Numbered from the stretch's first letter, positions 42,604 to 53,500 are shown. The stretch is DNA of 64,000 nt from an uncultured Gammaproteobacteria bacterium (GCA_963791825.1 CAWBUE010000001.1:276007-340006); one strand, 5' to 3'. Notes: generated from the sequence alone by a model not told the origin. Made by a program: numbers and translations.

Positions 42604-43622
42604 ACCCTCGGTTGCCGGCTAATTGCGACGAGAAGCTTTGCGAGCTTTGGGGCCGGACTGAGTGATCGATCGAATCGCGTCCGCCAGAGACCGAGCCGCT
42701 TCTTCATATCCGGTCCATGGTTTGGCCTTGCGCAGTACGCCGGGCGCGGTCCTCACGGTATATTTCTTCGGGTCGAAGCCGCTGCGCACTTCCTTCCACT
42801 GAATCGGCATCGAGACCGGAGCTCCTGCGCGCGCTCGCGGCGACAAAACCGCCACTGCGGTGGCTGTGCGGTCATTGCGCAGATAATCGAGGAATATCTT
42901 GCCGACCCGCTGACTCTTCGACATGGTGTCTAAATACTTGGCGGGAGTGTCTTGAGACATTTGCGCGCAAACGATGTGGGCGAAGTCTTTGGCGACGGGC
43001 CACGGCACTGCATCCTTGCCGGCGGTAAGGGGCGTCACGACGTGCAGCCCCTTGCCACCCGTCGTCTTGCAGAAGGATTCGAGTCCTGCGGCTTGCAGCC
43101 GATCGCGGATTTCAATGGCGGCGGTGATGACCGCGTCGAATTTCACGTCCGGCGCCGGATCCAGATCGAATACCAGCCGCCCGGCGACTTCCGGATTGCC
43201 CGGAGCGCAATTCCAAGGGTGCAGTTCGAGGGCGCCGATCTGTGCGGCTGCAATCAAGGCCTCGATTCGATCGATCTGCACGTACGGCGCCTTGTCCCCC
43301 TTGACCTTTACCGATGAAAGAAGGCTCGACATGCCGGCCATGGCATGGCGCTGAAAGAACTGCTCGGTGCCGACACCGTTGGGTACTCGGACGAACGAGC
43401 AGGGACGGCCCGCCAGGTGCGGAAGCATCCATTGGCCGACGTTCTCGTAATAAGCGGCGAGATCGGCCTTCGTCACGGGCACACCGTCACCGGCATCCGG
43501 CCAAAGTGCTTTATCGGGTTTTGAGACCGTCACTCCCATGACCGTGAACAGCCCGTTGGCCTTTGCGGCGGTCACTTTCGGGGTGCTCTCGCGCGAGCGC
43601 TGCGCGGGGGAAGGACCCGTAC

Positions 43623-43690
43623 CTGAGCGCTTCGCGCGCGCGCGGACGCTCGGGGCTTCGGACGCGCGGGGTCTGAGCGCTTCGCGCGCG
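43623..43690 (-). repeat. 18-nt direct repeat (ctgagcgcttcgcgcgcg on the plus strand), period 50 nt, at the ligD ligase-polymerase linker
   Basis: Copies at 43623..43640 and 43673..43690. The first abuts a (CG)6 tract (43633..43644), the second a (CG)4 tract. Confidence 0.9.
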
Positions 43691-44048
43691 AGGGGCTGGC
43701 GGTTTTCTTTTTGATCGGCCATTTGCTGTTCATGGGTTGATTCACCTCGCTTGACGTGCTGTCCGCAATTGCCGGCGATGGGATTTCGGCCACCACGTCG
43801 CGAGCCGGCTTATCCAAGCGTAGACCCTTGAAGGCAGCCTGCCGAATCATGCCCGTTTCAGTCCAACCGGCGAATTCAATTTCGGCGACGAGGTCGGGCT
43901 TGAGCCATCGAACGTTTTTTTCCCGCGCCGGTGGCTTGTCGCCGGCGAAAGGACTCTCGTCCCGCGTCAATCTCTTGAGCTGCGGCAAGAGAGTATTCAC
44001 GACCTCGCGACCATACCCTGTGCCGATACGACCGACGTAGACCAGCTG

Positions 44049-44107
44049 GCCGCCGCGTCGCGCTGCCTGCCCGCCTTGCTGCCACCCTCGCTGCCCTTGC
44101 CGCCGCG
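44049..44107 (-). repeat. 9-nt direct repeat (gccgccgcg on the plus strand), period 50 nt, bracketing a 41-nt segment inside the ligD ligase domain
   Basis: Copies at 44049..44057 and 44099..44107. Confidence 0.9.
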
Positions 44108-45502
44108 ATAGACGCCTGCGAGCAGCGAACGAACGGTTCCCGCTTCGGTGGTCCAGCCGCCGATCACGACCTCCTGTCCCATACGACATTTGGCTTTGGT
44201 CCAGCTTCCGGTGCGGCCCGAGCGATAGGGGGCATCCAGTTGTTTGGAAACTATCCCTTCGAAACCCATCTTACAGGCCGATGAAAACACCGCTTCTGCG
44301 TTGGACTCCAAGTGCGCGACGTATCGCAGCTGCTGCGAAACGTCGCAAGCCTCCACCAGCGCTTTGAGCCGGGACTTACGTTCTGCCAAAGGCAGCATGC
44401 GTAAATCCTCTCGACCTTCAAACAACAGATCGAACGCATAAAAAAAGAGTTTCTCGGATTTGCCCTCGGACAGTGCGGCCTGCAGCGCGCCGAAACTAGG
44501 GAGGCCGCCCTGATCGAGCGCGACTATCTCCCCATCGATCAAACAGTCGGGAAGCGTCTGCGCGTCTTTTGCAATTGCACTGAAGCGGTCGGTCCAATCC
44601 AGGCCGCTGCGGGTGCGGATCGCGATGCGGCCGCGGGTCGCTTGCAGTTGTGCGCGATAGCCATCGAGCTTGACTTCGTGCGCCCAGCGCGGGCCCTCAG
44701 TGGGCCGATCGACCAGCTTGGCCAGCTGAGGCTCCACGAAAGCCGGCACTTTCGCGACGAGCGAAGGCTTGCGTTTCGCGGTTCGGGGTCGATCGGCCGA
44801 GACGGGCGCGGCGGATTTTGCGGCCGAAGTCGCGACGGACTTCGAAGTCCAGACGGCGTCCGCGCGGGCTCGCTGTTTGGTCGCGAGCATGAAGGGTTTA
44901 GGCCGCGCGCCGCTCCCCTCGGCGATCTGCTTGAGTGTTCGCCCCGACGCAGCGGAACGATCCTCCTCGAGCAAAGAATCAGCATCCCCGGGCTTGGCAT
45001 CGGCGTCGCGGTGCTTGATCAACAGCCAATTGGTTCGCTTGCCGCCGTATCGGTCCCCTCGCATACGCACCAAAACCCAACTGCCGTGCAGCCGCGTACC
45101 CTGCAGCGCGAACTTGAGATCGCCGGCGCTCAGCGCCTCTTGCGGCGAGCGGCCCCCTTCAGGAATCCAGTAACCACGATCCCACAACTGCACGGTGCCG
45201 CCGCCGTACTCGCCCTGGGGAATCGTACCCTCGAAGTCCCCGTAGTCCAGCGGATGATCCTCGACTTCGACGGCCAGGCGTTTTTCCGCAGGATCGAGGG
45301 ACGGGCCGCGAGTGACGGCCCAGGACTTGAACACGCCATCGAGCTCGAGCCGCAAGTCATAATGCAGCCGCCGCGCCGCGTGCTTTTGTATGACGAAGCG
45401 CAATCGAGGGGAGGGCGCCACGCGCTGTTTGACCGGATGGCTCATCGGTCTTCGAAAAGTCGCGCTTGGCGCGGTAGACGGAGAGTCCAGGCTTTTTCAA
45501 CT

Positions 45503-46318
45503 TCAGGTTCCTTGCCTGTCCATCATGCGCCGGTACGCGAGCAGATGGCGCAGGGATGCCTTGGCGTCCTGGACCCGGTCATAGAGCCTGGCCAAATTAA
45601 AATGCGCATCCGCGAACTCCGGGTCGAGCGCCAGCGCTTCGCGGTATGCGACGATCGCGTCGGACTCCCGCTCCAGATCTTCAAGTAATACGGCGAGATT
45701 GAAGATGAGCATGGGCTCAGGCGTTTGAGCGGCGCGGTACACTCGTTCCGCTTCGGCGAGGCGGCCGGAAATATGCAGGAGGCGCCCCAGATTGATGCGC
45801 GCCTCCGTGTGATGCGGGTCGGCCGCGAGCGTAGCCTGATAGGCTGCCCGCGCGCTTTCCGGATCGCTTTCTTCGAGCGAAAAAGCTCTTGCGTAGTGCT
45901 CGTCCGCGGATTCCGCCGCCGCCGCGGGAGAGGCTCGCGGGCTGATAACGTGCAACCCTCCCTTCTGCTCGCCGATGTCGAGCGCCAAAACATACTGACC
46001 GGAGTCAGATTCCCAGATCAGCTTGCCTTCTCGAATGGCAATTTGATTGCCGAGCGCCGTGAGGGAGCGTTTGTTGGATGCGACGTCGATGCGGAGGGTG
46101 GCGCGAAAGCTCTGCAACGTTCGGTTGATCCGATTTGCGGAGATTTTCGCCGAGCGCAGCGCACTTGCGGTGCGCATCATCAGCAAGTCTTGGAAAGAGT
46201 AGTGAAGCCGGCCGCGACGCTTGACCGGGCTTATGTGCCCTGCGCGCGCCAGCGATCGGACTGCGGATGCGGGCAGTCCAAAAAGCCTTTCGAGGTCTTT
46301 CGAGTTATAGGCATGCAT
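45503..46318 (-). CDS. MerR-like HTH / TPR-repeat protein encoded between ku and ligD
   Basis: The N-terminus YNSKDLERLFGLPASAVRSLARAGHISPVKRRGRLHYSFQDLLMMR is MerR-HTH-like. The C-terminal half has 3-4 TPR-like repeats (ARINLGRLL..., IFNLAVLL..., AHFNLARLY...). The ATG at 46318 lies 1 nt after the ku stop. Confidence 0.7.
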   Translation of the reverse strand: MHAYNSKDLERLFGLPASAVRSLARAGHISPVKRRGRLHYSFQDLLMMRTASALRSAKISANRINRTLQSFRATLRIDVASNKRSLTALGNQIAIREGKLIWESDSGQYVLALDIGEQKGGLHVISPRASPAAAAESADEHYARAFSLEESDPESARAAYQATLAADPHHTEARINLGRLLHISGRLAEAERVYRAAQTPEPMLIFNLAVLLEDLERESDAIVAYREALALDPEFADAHFNLARLYDRVQDAKASLRHLLAYRRMMDRQGT

Positions 46319-46319
46319 C

Positions 46320-47201
46320 TCATCGGCGAGCGGTTTTTCGCGAGGACGCTTGGGCTGCTGCACGTTTCGGTGCCTTTCGTTCCTTTAGATCGGCGGCCTT
46401 CGACCCGCGGGCATCGATGCTCGCCCGTAAAGCCTCCATCAAGTCGATGACATTACCGCCTTTGTTTGAAACAGGGCTTTCAGCGAGGGAGACCTCCTTG
46501 CCGTCGACCTTGCGTTGGATGGCCGCTTGGACCCTGGTCTTGTGCTCGTCGACAAATTCGTTCGGGTCGAATCGCTTTGCTCCCAACTGATCTATGAGTT
46601 GCCGTGCGAGCTTGAGTTCGGGCTCCGATACGGGCGCGGCCTCGACTCCGAGGTCCTTCAGATCGCGAACTTCCGCCTTGAAGTGCAGCTGGTGCATGGC
46701 CAGGCCGTCCTCCAAGGCCCTGATGACGATGATGTGTTCCTTGCCGCGAGAGATCCAGCGGCCGACTGCGCATTGCCGAGCTTGACGGAGGGCCGTGGCG
46801 AGTAAGGTATAGGGCTTGGCGCCGCCCTTATCCGGCGCCAGATAATACGTGCCGTCGAAGTAGAGCGGATCGACCGACTCGAGCGGAACGAACTGGCTGA
46901 TATCAATGGCGTGGGTCGTCGTGTCTTCGAGCGCCTTGAGTTCCTCGGCGTTGAACATGACATATTGGTCCTTGGCGAACTCATACCCCTTGACCATTTC
47001 AGAGCGTTCCACGGGTTTACCGTCGTTGACCGCGATGTATTGCTGCTTGACGCGCGAGCCATCTTTCTGGCGCAGCAAGTTGAAGGATATCCGCTCCGAG
47101 GAGACGGTTGCCGAATAAAGCTTGACCGGAATTGCAACCAAGCCGAAGGAAATCGTAAGCGAGGCAATCGACCGAGCTTGTGTAGGCATGAATGCAACCA
47201 T
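46320..47201 (-). CDS. ku: Ku DNA end-binding protein (NHEJ)
   Basis: RSIASLTISFGLVAIPVKLYSATVSSERISFNLL...KGYEF...YYLAPD is the bacterial Ku core, with a basic C-terminal tail. An alternative ATG lies at 47189. Confidence 0.92.
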   Translation of the reverse strand: MVAFMPTQARSIASLTISFGLVAIPVKLYSATVSSERISFNLLRQKDGSRVKQQYIAVNDGKPVERSEMVKGYEFAKDQYVMFNAEELKALEDTTTHAIDISQFVPLESVDPLYFDGTYYLAPDKGGAKPYTLLATALRQARQCAVGRWISRGKEHIIVIRALEDGLAMHQLHFKAEVRDLKDLGVEAAPVSEPELKLARQLIDQLGAKRFDPNEFVDEHKTRVQAAIQRKVDGKEVSLAESPVSNKGGNVIDLMEALRASIDARGSKAADLKERKAPKRAAAQASSRKTARR

Positions 47202-47462
47202 CCCTTAAAAGACGAATTTTGGTCAAACTCTAAATCGTATAATGAAAAGAGCGCAAGGCATTATATTGCCGAGCTTTATGGCACCAGCGTAGGAGGTTCG
47301 GGGGTGGGTTTCAAGCCAAATTCTCACAATACTAGCTTGAACGTCTGCGCAAGCGGCTCAGCGTCTGCCGCGCAAATCCGATTTTCAGCCGGGGCAGTAC
47401 GCTTGTAAGCAATTGATACATAAAAATATTATCCTGAAAAGAACCGGAAGGGCAGCGGCGCT

Positions 47463-48719
47463 GTGACAGCGGCAGCTCTTGCAACGTGGGCGATCTGCGG
47501 GCTGGTGACCGCCGGCATTATCTTGAGGCCTGGCAACCTACCGGAAGCCACGTGGGCGGTCTTGGGAGCGGCGGCCCTCGTAGGCGCGGGATTGCTGCCC
47601 GTGACAGCGGCAGCCAAAGGGCTCATGAAGGGCCTCGATGTTTACCTATTCCTCAGCGGCATGATGCTGCTGGCGGAGCTCGGGCGCCGTGAAGGTTTGT
47701 TCGATTGGCTGGCGGCGCGAGCCGCCGTGATGGCGCACGGCTCCGCGACACGATTATTCGGCCTCGTGTACGCGGTCGGCATGGTCGTTACGGTCTTCTT
47801 GTCCAATGATGCGACGGCCGTGGTGCTGACTCCGGCCGTGGCCGCGATTGCCCGCGCCGGCAAAGTGGAGCACCCGCTGCCCTACTTGCTGATTTGTGCC
47901 TTCATCGCCAATGCGGCGAGTTTCGTGCTGCCCATCTCCAACCCTGCGAATCTCGTGATCTATGCCAATCACATGCCACCCCTCCTGGCGTGGCTTTCTG
48001 AGTTCGCGTTGCCATCCGTGCTGTCGATTGCCGTCACCTTCGCCGTCCTGCGATGGAGCCAACGCAAGGCGCTCGCGCAACCGGTGTCGCACGACGTCAC
48101 GCTTCCCAAACTCACGCGCAGCGGGCGATTGACCGCCGGGGGAATCTGCTTAGCGGCCGCGGCATTGATGCTTGCTTCTGCTGGGGGGATCAAGCTAGGG
48201 CTGCCGACCCTAGGCGCGGGACTCGTGACCTTGTGCGCCGTCTCAGGGATGAGGCGCTCCTCGCCCTGGCCGTTACTACGCGCAGTTTCATGGGGCGTCA
48301 TACCGCTCGTGGCCGGTTTATTCGTACTTGTCGAAGCGCTCGATCGGTCCGGAGTCATCCACGCCATCAGCGATCACTTGCGCGCTCAGGTGCAGCACTC
48401 GGCGAGCCTAGCCGCAGCGGAGTCGGGGATTGTCGTCGGCATCGTGTCTAACCTCATCAACAACCTCCCAGCAGGTCTCATTGCCGGCACGGCTGTCCAC
48501 GCGGTCGCGTTGCCGCCGAGCATCTCGGCCGCCATTCTCATCGGCGTCGATCTCGGTCCCAACCTCTCGGTCACCGGATCACTCGCGACCATTCTTTGGC
48601 TGACCTCCTTGCGGCGCGACGGCATCGAAGTGAAGCCCTGGGACTTTTTCAAGTTAGGCCTACTGATGATGCCTCCCGCGCTGCTGCTATCGCTGTGCGC
48701 GCTGCTCATAGGCGGCTGA
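47463..48719 (+). CDS. ArsB/NhaD-superfamily permease (arsenite/anion transporter-like)
   Basis: Polytopic protein with FLSNDATAVVLTPAV and FVLPISNPANLVIY motifs typical of ArsB-type carriers. GTG start. Confidence 0.8.
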   Translation: MTAAALATWAICGLVTAGIILRPGNLPEATWAVLGAAALVGAGLLPVTAAAKGLMKGLDVYLFLSGMMLLAELGRREGLFDWLAARAAVMAHGSATRLFGLVYAVGMVVTVFLSNDATAVVLTPAVAAIARAGKVEHPLPYLLICAFIANAASFVLPISNPANLVIYANHMPPLLAWLSEFALPSVLSIAVTFAVLRWSQRKALAQPVSHDVTLPKLTRSGRLTAGGICLAAAALMLASAGGIKLGLPTLGAGLVTLCAVSGMRRSSPWPLLRAVSWGVIPLVAGLFVLVEALDRSGVIHAISDHLRAQVQHSASLAAAESGIVVGIVSNLINNLPAGLIAGTAVHAVALPPSISAAILIGVDLGPNLSVTGSLATILWLTSLRRDGIEVKPWDFFKLGLLMMPPALLLSLCALLIGG

Positions 48720-48833
48720 TGTGACGCGTGCACGCGACCTGAGTCACAGTTCGCCGGCTGCTCGCTCGACCGGCGCACGGTAAAGCACGCACACTGATCA
48801 ACGCCCGAAAATCCTTCTTTACAAAGCTCGCAC

Positions 48834-50447
48834 GTGCCCGATAAAACGCTCCCTCCACTGCTGCCGGATATCGTGGTTCTGATCACGCGAGACGGTGTGT
48901 TGCTCCAACACATCGCCGGCGGGGGCGTGCTTTCTTCGGACAAGGCGCCGGAACCGATCGGGCGGCCGATCGAATCGCTGTGGCCGGCGCCTGTGAGCCT
49001 GCCGATCAAGCAACTGGTCCGCCATGCGATTGCGGACCGATCCACGGTTCAAGCTCATATCGAGCACGGGCATGGTTTTCACGTGAAGGTCACGGCGCAA
49101 GGGCCCGATCGGGCCATTTGCATCATACGCGCGCAAATGGCGCCTTTCGCGGTCGAAGCCCCCGAAGGGGTGTCGGCGCCGCGATTCGACCGTAGAGGGT
49201 TTCTGAGACGATTGAAGGACTCCATAACTTCGGCAGCGTTGCGCGAGAAGCCTACGGCCGTCGCCGTCATTCACGTTGACGGCCTTGCCGAGATTACGCG
49301 GATTATCGACATGAGCGTCTCGGAACAGGTCATCGTCGCAGCGGTCGGGCGATTGAAGCCAAGCTCCACGAGCGTGGGTGAACCGGCCTGGTATCTCGGT
49401 CAGTTGAGCGACAGCGTCTTGGCGCTCGTGGTCGAGAGCGCCGATCGTGACGCGATCGAGGCATGCGTGGGCCAAGTATGCGAGAGCCTTCGCGCGCCCA
49501 TCAAAGTGGGCAATGCCGCGTTCAATCTCACGCCGTACGCCGGCGTCGCGATTCTCGGCCAAGACGCCAAATCGCCCGGGATGCTTCTCGATCATGCGCG
49601 CGCCGCGGCTAACGAGGCGCGAAGCACGGGGAAATTCGATGTCCGCTTTTTTTCGGATACCCTAAGGCTTCGTTCGCTCGCGCGGCTCGACATCGCGCAG
49701 GAGTTGCGGGCGGCGATTGCGGAGCGCGCGATACGGCTGCGATATTTTGGACGGTACGACCTAGCGACCGGCCGCAAGGTCGCGCACGTGGGTTATCTTC
49801 ACTGGCAGCATCCGGTGCGGGGCGACGTGCGGGCTGCGGAGTTCGTAGGGGTGGCGGAAGCGACAGGCCTTGCGCGCATGCTGTCACGCTCCGCGCTCGC
49901 ATGCCTCCTGGAAGATTTCCCTGCCCTTCAGCACGCAGATCCGGAGGTCCGCATCTCGTTCGGGGCGCTTCGGCATCATATTCTTCATAAAGACTTCGTC
50001 GCGGACATCGCAGCATTCGTCGCGGAAGGTGCGATGCCAGCCGAGCGTCTGGAGCTGCGGATTTCGGAGCGAACGCTGATGGCGCAGATGCCCTCCGTTT
50101 GCGAGTCTCTGAAGGACATGGGCATTCAGCTCGTCGTCGATGAAGTCGGCCGAGGGATGAGCTCCCTCGACCGGCTCGCGCGTGCGTCTTTGTGGGGTTT
50201 GCAACTGGATCGTTCATGGACCGTGGGTCTTCGCCACGATGCGGTGGCTCTGAAGGTGTGTCGGGCGGGGATGGCCGTCGCAGCATCCCTCGGCCTCACG
50301 CCGATCGCCACCGGCGTCGACGATGCAGAGCAGCGACAGGCGCTGCTCGATCTTGGATGCCGCCAAGGCATGGGGGATCTTTACCGCCACGCGGCGGGAA
50401 CCACGAGGGAAATGCCTACGGCTCGCAGCTCGGGGCAGAAACGGTAA
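48834..50447 (+). CDS. signalling protein with degenerate GGDEF and degenerate EAL domains
   Basis: EAL-fold landmarks are present but altered: YFGRY in place of YQP, ELRISER in place of E-x-x-E, DEVGRGMSS in place of [12 protein letters not shown] in place of KID. GGDEF is replaced by LGQLSDSVLALVV. GTG start. Confidence 0.75.
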   Translation: MPDKTLPPLLPDIVVLITRDGVLLQHIAGGGVLSSDKAPEPIGRPIESLWPAPVSLPIKQLVRHAIADRSTVQAHIEHGHGFHVKVTAQGPDRAICIIRAQMAPFAVEAPEGVSAPRFDRRGFLRRLKDSITSAALREKPTAVAVIHVDGLAEITRIIDMSVSEQVIVAAVGRLKPSSTSVGEPAWYLGQLSDSVLALVVESADRDAIEACVGQVCESLRAPIKVGNAAFNLTPYAGVAILGQDAKSPGMLLDHARAAANEARSTGKFDVRFFSDTLRLRSLARLDIAQELRAAIAERAIRLRYFGRYDLATGRKVAHVGYLHWQHPVRGDVRAAEFVGVAEATGLARMLSRSALACLLEDFPALQHADPEVRISFGALRHHILHKDFVADIAAFVAEGAMPAERLELRISERTLMAQMPSVCESLKDMGIQLVVDEVGRGMSSLDRLARASLWGLQLDRSWTVGLRHDAVALKVCRAGMAVAASLGLTPIATGVDDAEQRQALLDLGCRQGMGDLYRHAAGTTREMPTARSSGQKR

Positions 50448-50568
50448 CCCGCCGGCTGCGCCCGGAGCGAGGCCCCTGACGAGAGGTCGGAAGTGTGAAC
50501 TGCGTCCTCCCGGTGTCCTCCCGCCGTAGCGCAATAGGACGTCAATCACCCTAAAAAGCGGGCCAATT

Positions 50569-53500
50569 GTGCATAGTCCGTGGATGAATCGAACGGGATC
50601 CATGCGCATGAGAGGCTGGCGCTGCTTGCCGATCGCGTGGCTGATGGCCGCGGCCGGAACGGCGCCGGCAGTCGAAACCCCGAGCGCCCCGCCCGTGGTA
50701 TTCGAGCATTTGACGACGGCGGATGGACTACCGCAGGGCACGGTGTATGCGACACTCCAAGACTCACAGGGGTTCGTGTGGATGGGAACGGAGGACGGCC
50801 TCGTTCGCTACGATGGACACGAGCTATTCCGCTATGGCTATAACCGCGCCGCGCTCGAGGGGCTACCCGGAAATTTCATTCAAGGAATCGTCGAGGATTC
50901 GCACCACGATCTTTGGATAGCGGTCGTCGACAGCGGCCTCGCACGTTGGAACCGGGCCTCCGACACTTTCACAGTGTTCCGCCATGACCCCCTACGTCCA
51001 GACTCCCTTGCCAGCGACGCCGTTAGAACCCTTCTCGTCGACGAACGCGGTCGCGTCTGGGTGGGCATGCGCGACGCCGGGATCGACATCGTGGACCCGG
51101 TTTCCGGGCACATCGAGCACCGGCAGCATCAACCGTGGCGCAGTACCTCGTTGGTGGACAATCGGGTCAAAGTGCTGAGCCGCGATCCCTCGGGAGTACT
51201 CTGGGTCGGAACGGAAAGCGGACTCGATCGCTTGCTGCCCGACGGCAAGTCGTTCGCGCATTACCGCCATTCAGTCGCCGATAGGCACTCTTTGAGCAGC
51301 GACAACATCGCGCAAATCTTCTTCGATCATGCAGGCTCCATGTGGATAGGGACCTTCGATGGCGGCGTCAATCGCATGGACGCCGGCGGTCAAGTCGCCG
51401 CCGTTTACCGGCACGATCCGCGCACCCCCGCGTCTCTCGCTCACGATGATGTCAGGGCCATACTCGAGGATCAGGCGGGGCATCTGTGGATTGGCACCGC
51501 CGAAGGCCTTGACCTCCTGGATCGCAGCACCGGGCGGTTTACGCATTATCGGCATGATGAGCGCGAGGCCACCTCGCTGCGCGACTCATTCGTGATGTCG
51601 CTCTACGAGGACAACAGCGGTCTGGTGTGGGTGGGAACGCGAGCCGGAGGCGTAAGCCGTTGGAATCCGCATAGTTGGGACCTCGGCGGCCGGCGCCCCG
51701 ATTGGCTGCAAGGCAAGCTGGTCACCGCGTTCGCCGATGCTCCGGACCACCGCGTTTGGATCGCCTCGCTCGGCGGCGGCCTCGTACGCTTTGACCCGTC
51801 GACGGGTGAAAAAGTCGATTTCGACAGCGTGGTCGGCCGGCGCAACGCCCTGGCCGATCAGCGCGTCATGTCGCTCGAGGGGGATCGTCACGGCACCCTC
51901 TGGATCGGGACATACACGAGCGGTGTCGTGAAGCTCACGCCCGACGGGCGGGTCAATTCCATTCTGGCCCGGTTTGGCGATCCAAGAAGTTTGAGCGCGG
52001 CCGGCATCATGACCATCTACGAGGCGAAGGATGGAAGAATCTGGTTCGGGACGCACGGCGGCGGGGCGAACGTCCTCGATGTCGGCACGGGATTGATCCG
52101 GCAGCTGCCGTTCGAATCGACGGCGCGCGGTGCGACCAGCGGACGCAACGTCACTTCATTCGCCGAAGACCGCAACGGAAACATGTGGATGGGTACCGAT
52201 GGCGGCGGCCTCAATCTTGCGCGTCCGGATGGCTTGGTATTCAAGGTGTTTCGTCACGATCCCGACAATGCCCGCAGTCTTTCCGCCAATACCGTCTACG
52301 GAATCACCGCCGACAAAGAGGGGCGTCTCTGGATCGCTACGGAGGGAGGAGGACTCGATCGCGTGGTCGGCTCGTCCGCCGCGCCCGATGCCATCCATTT
52401 CGATAACGTCTCGCGTGCCGACGGGCTCACGAGCGACACTATTTACGGAGTGCTCGCCGATGAAGGAGGGCGCCTTATGGATGAGCGGCAACTCGGGATT
52501 GATGCGATACGATCCCCGCAATCGTTCGGTCAAGACTTTTCATCTCGAGCAGGGGCTCTACGGCGAGGAATTCGATTTGGGAGCCTATCGTCAGTTGCGC
52601 GATGGGCGCTTTTGTTTCGGAGGCCCGGGCGGATTCAATATCTTCAACCCATCGAGTTTGGTGGAGAACTCGCGGCCGCCGCGGGTCGCTCTCATGCAGG
52701 TAGATGTCCTCGGCGCGCCCTTGCGCAGTTCAACCCCTTATTGGCTGCTCGATCACATCGACGTCGATTCCCACGCGGCAATCGTTTCGCTTGATTTCGG
52801 TACTCTGGATTTCACGTCCCCGAAACGCAACCGTCTCGCATATCGCATGCCCGGCTTGACCGACAACTGGATCGATCTCGGGATGCAGCACCAGGTCACG
52901 CTGACAAATTTGGACTCGGGCGATCACATACTCGAAGTGCGCGCGGCGAGCGCCGACTCGGTGTGGGGCGCCTCGCCGTTGCGAATCAAGATTCATCGGG
53001 ATCCCGCGCCCTGGAAATCCTCCGCGGCTTTCGCCGGCTATGCGATCTTGGCAGCGTGCTTCGTCACCTACGGCGTGTGGAATCAGCGCCGCAAGATCCG
53101 GTTGGCGATGGAAGCGCGGGCGCGCCTCGAAGCGGAGGTCGACGCTCGGACCAAAGATCTCGTGGCAAGCAATCGCCTGCTCGAGGAAGCCGCTCAGGCG
53201 AAGAGCGCCTTTCTGGCGCGCATGACCCATGAGCTTCGGACGCCGATGAACGGCGTGGTGGGCATGACGGAACTGCTCGAGCGCACCGCGCTATCGTCCG
53301 ATCAGGTTCGGCTGACCAAAACCATTCGCTCGTCGGCCGACGTCTTGCTGCAAATCGTCAATCACCTGCTCGATCTGTCAAAGGCGCAAGCGGGCAAGAT
53401 CGAACTCGAGACCGTCGCGATCGATCTGGGCCTCATCTTGGAAGAATCCGCGGCGATCTTCGCGGGGACGGCGGCCGAAAAAGGTCTTGATCTCACGGTG

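Larger units (their letters stand above)
42619..45445 (-). pseudogene. ligD: ATP-dependent DNA ligase LigD (phosphoesterase - ligase - polymerase/primase), split into three ORFs
   Basis: The PE domain (FVIQKHAARRLHYDLRLE) and ligase adenylation domain (EVKLDGYR) are in 43997..45445. The OB end of the ligase ([13 protein letters not shown]) is in 43572..44189. The Pol domain ([10 protein letters not shown]...[11 protein letters not shown]) is in 42619..43722. Both junctions coincide with direct repeats spaced 50 nt apart. Confidence 0.9.

Noticed and set aside
47225-47245. TATAAT hexamer (aatcgtataatga) in the ku / ArsB-like spacer as a promoter -10 element.
   Set aside because: I could find no convincing -35 at 16-18 nt spacing. 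It lies about 220 nt from the downstream start, and AT-rich spacers yield such hexamers by chance.
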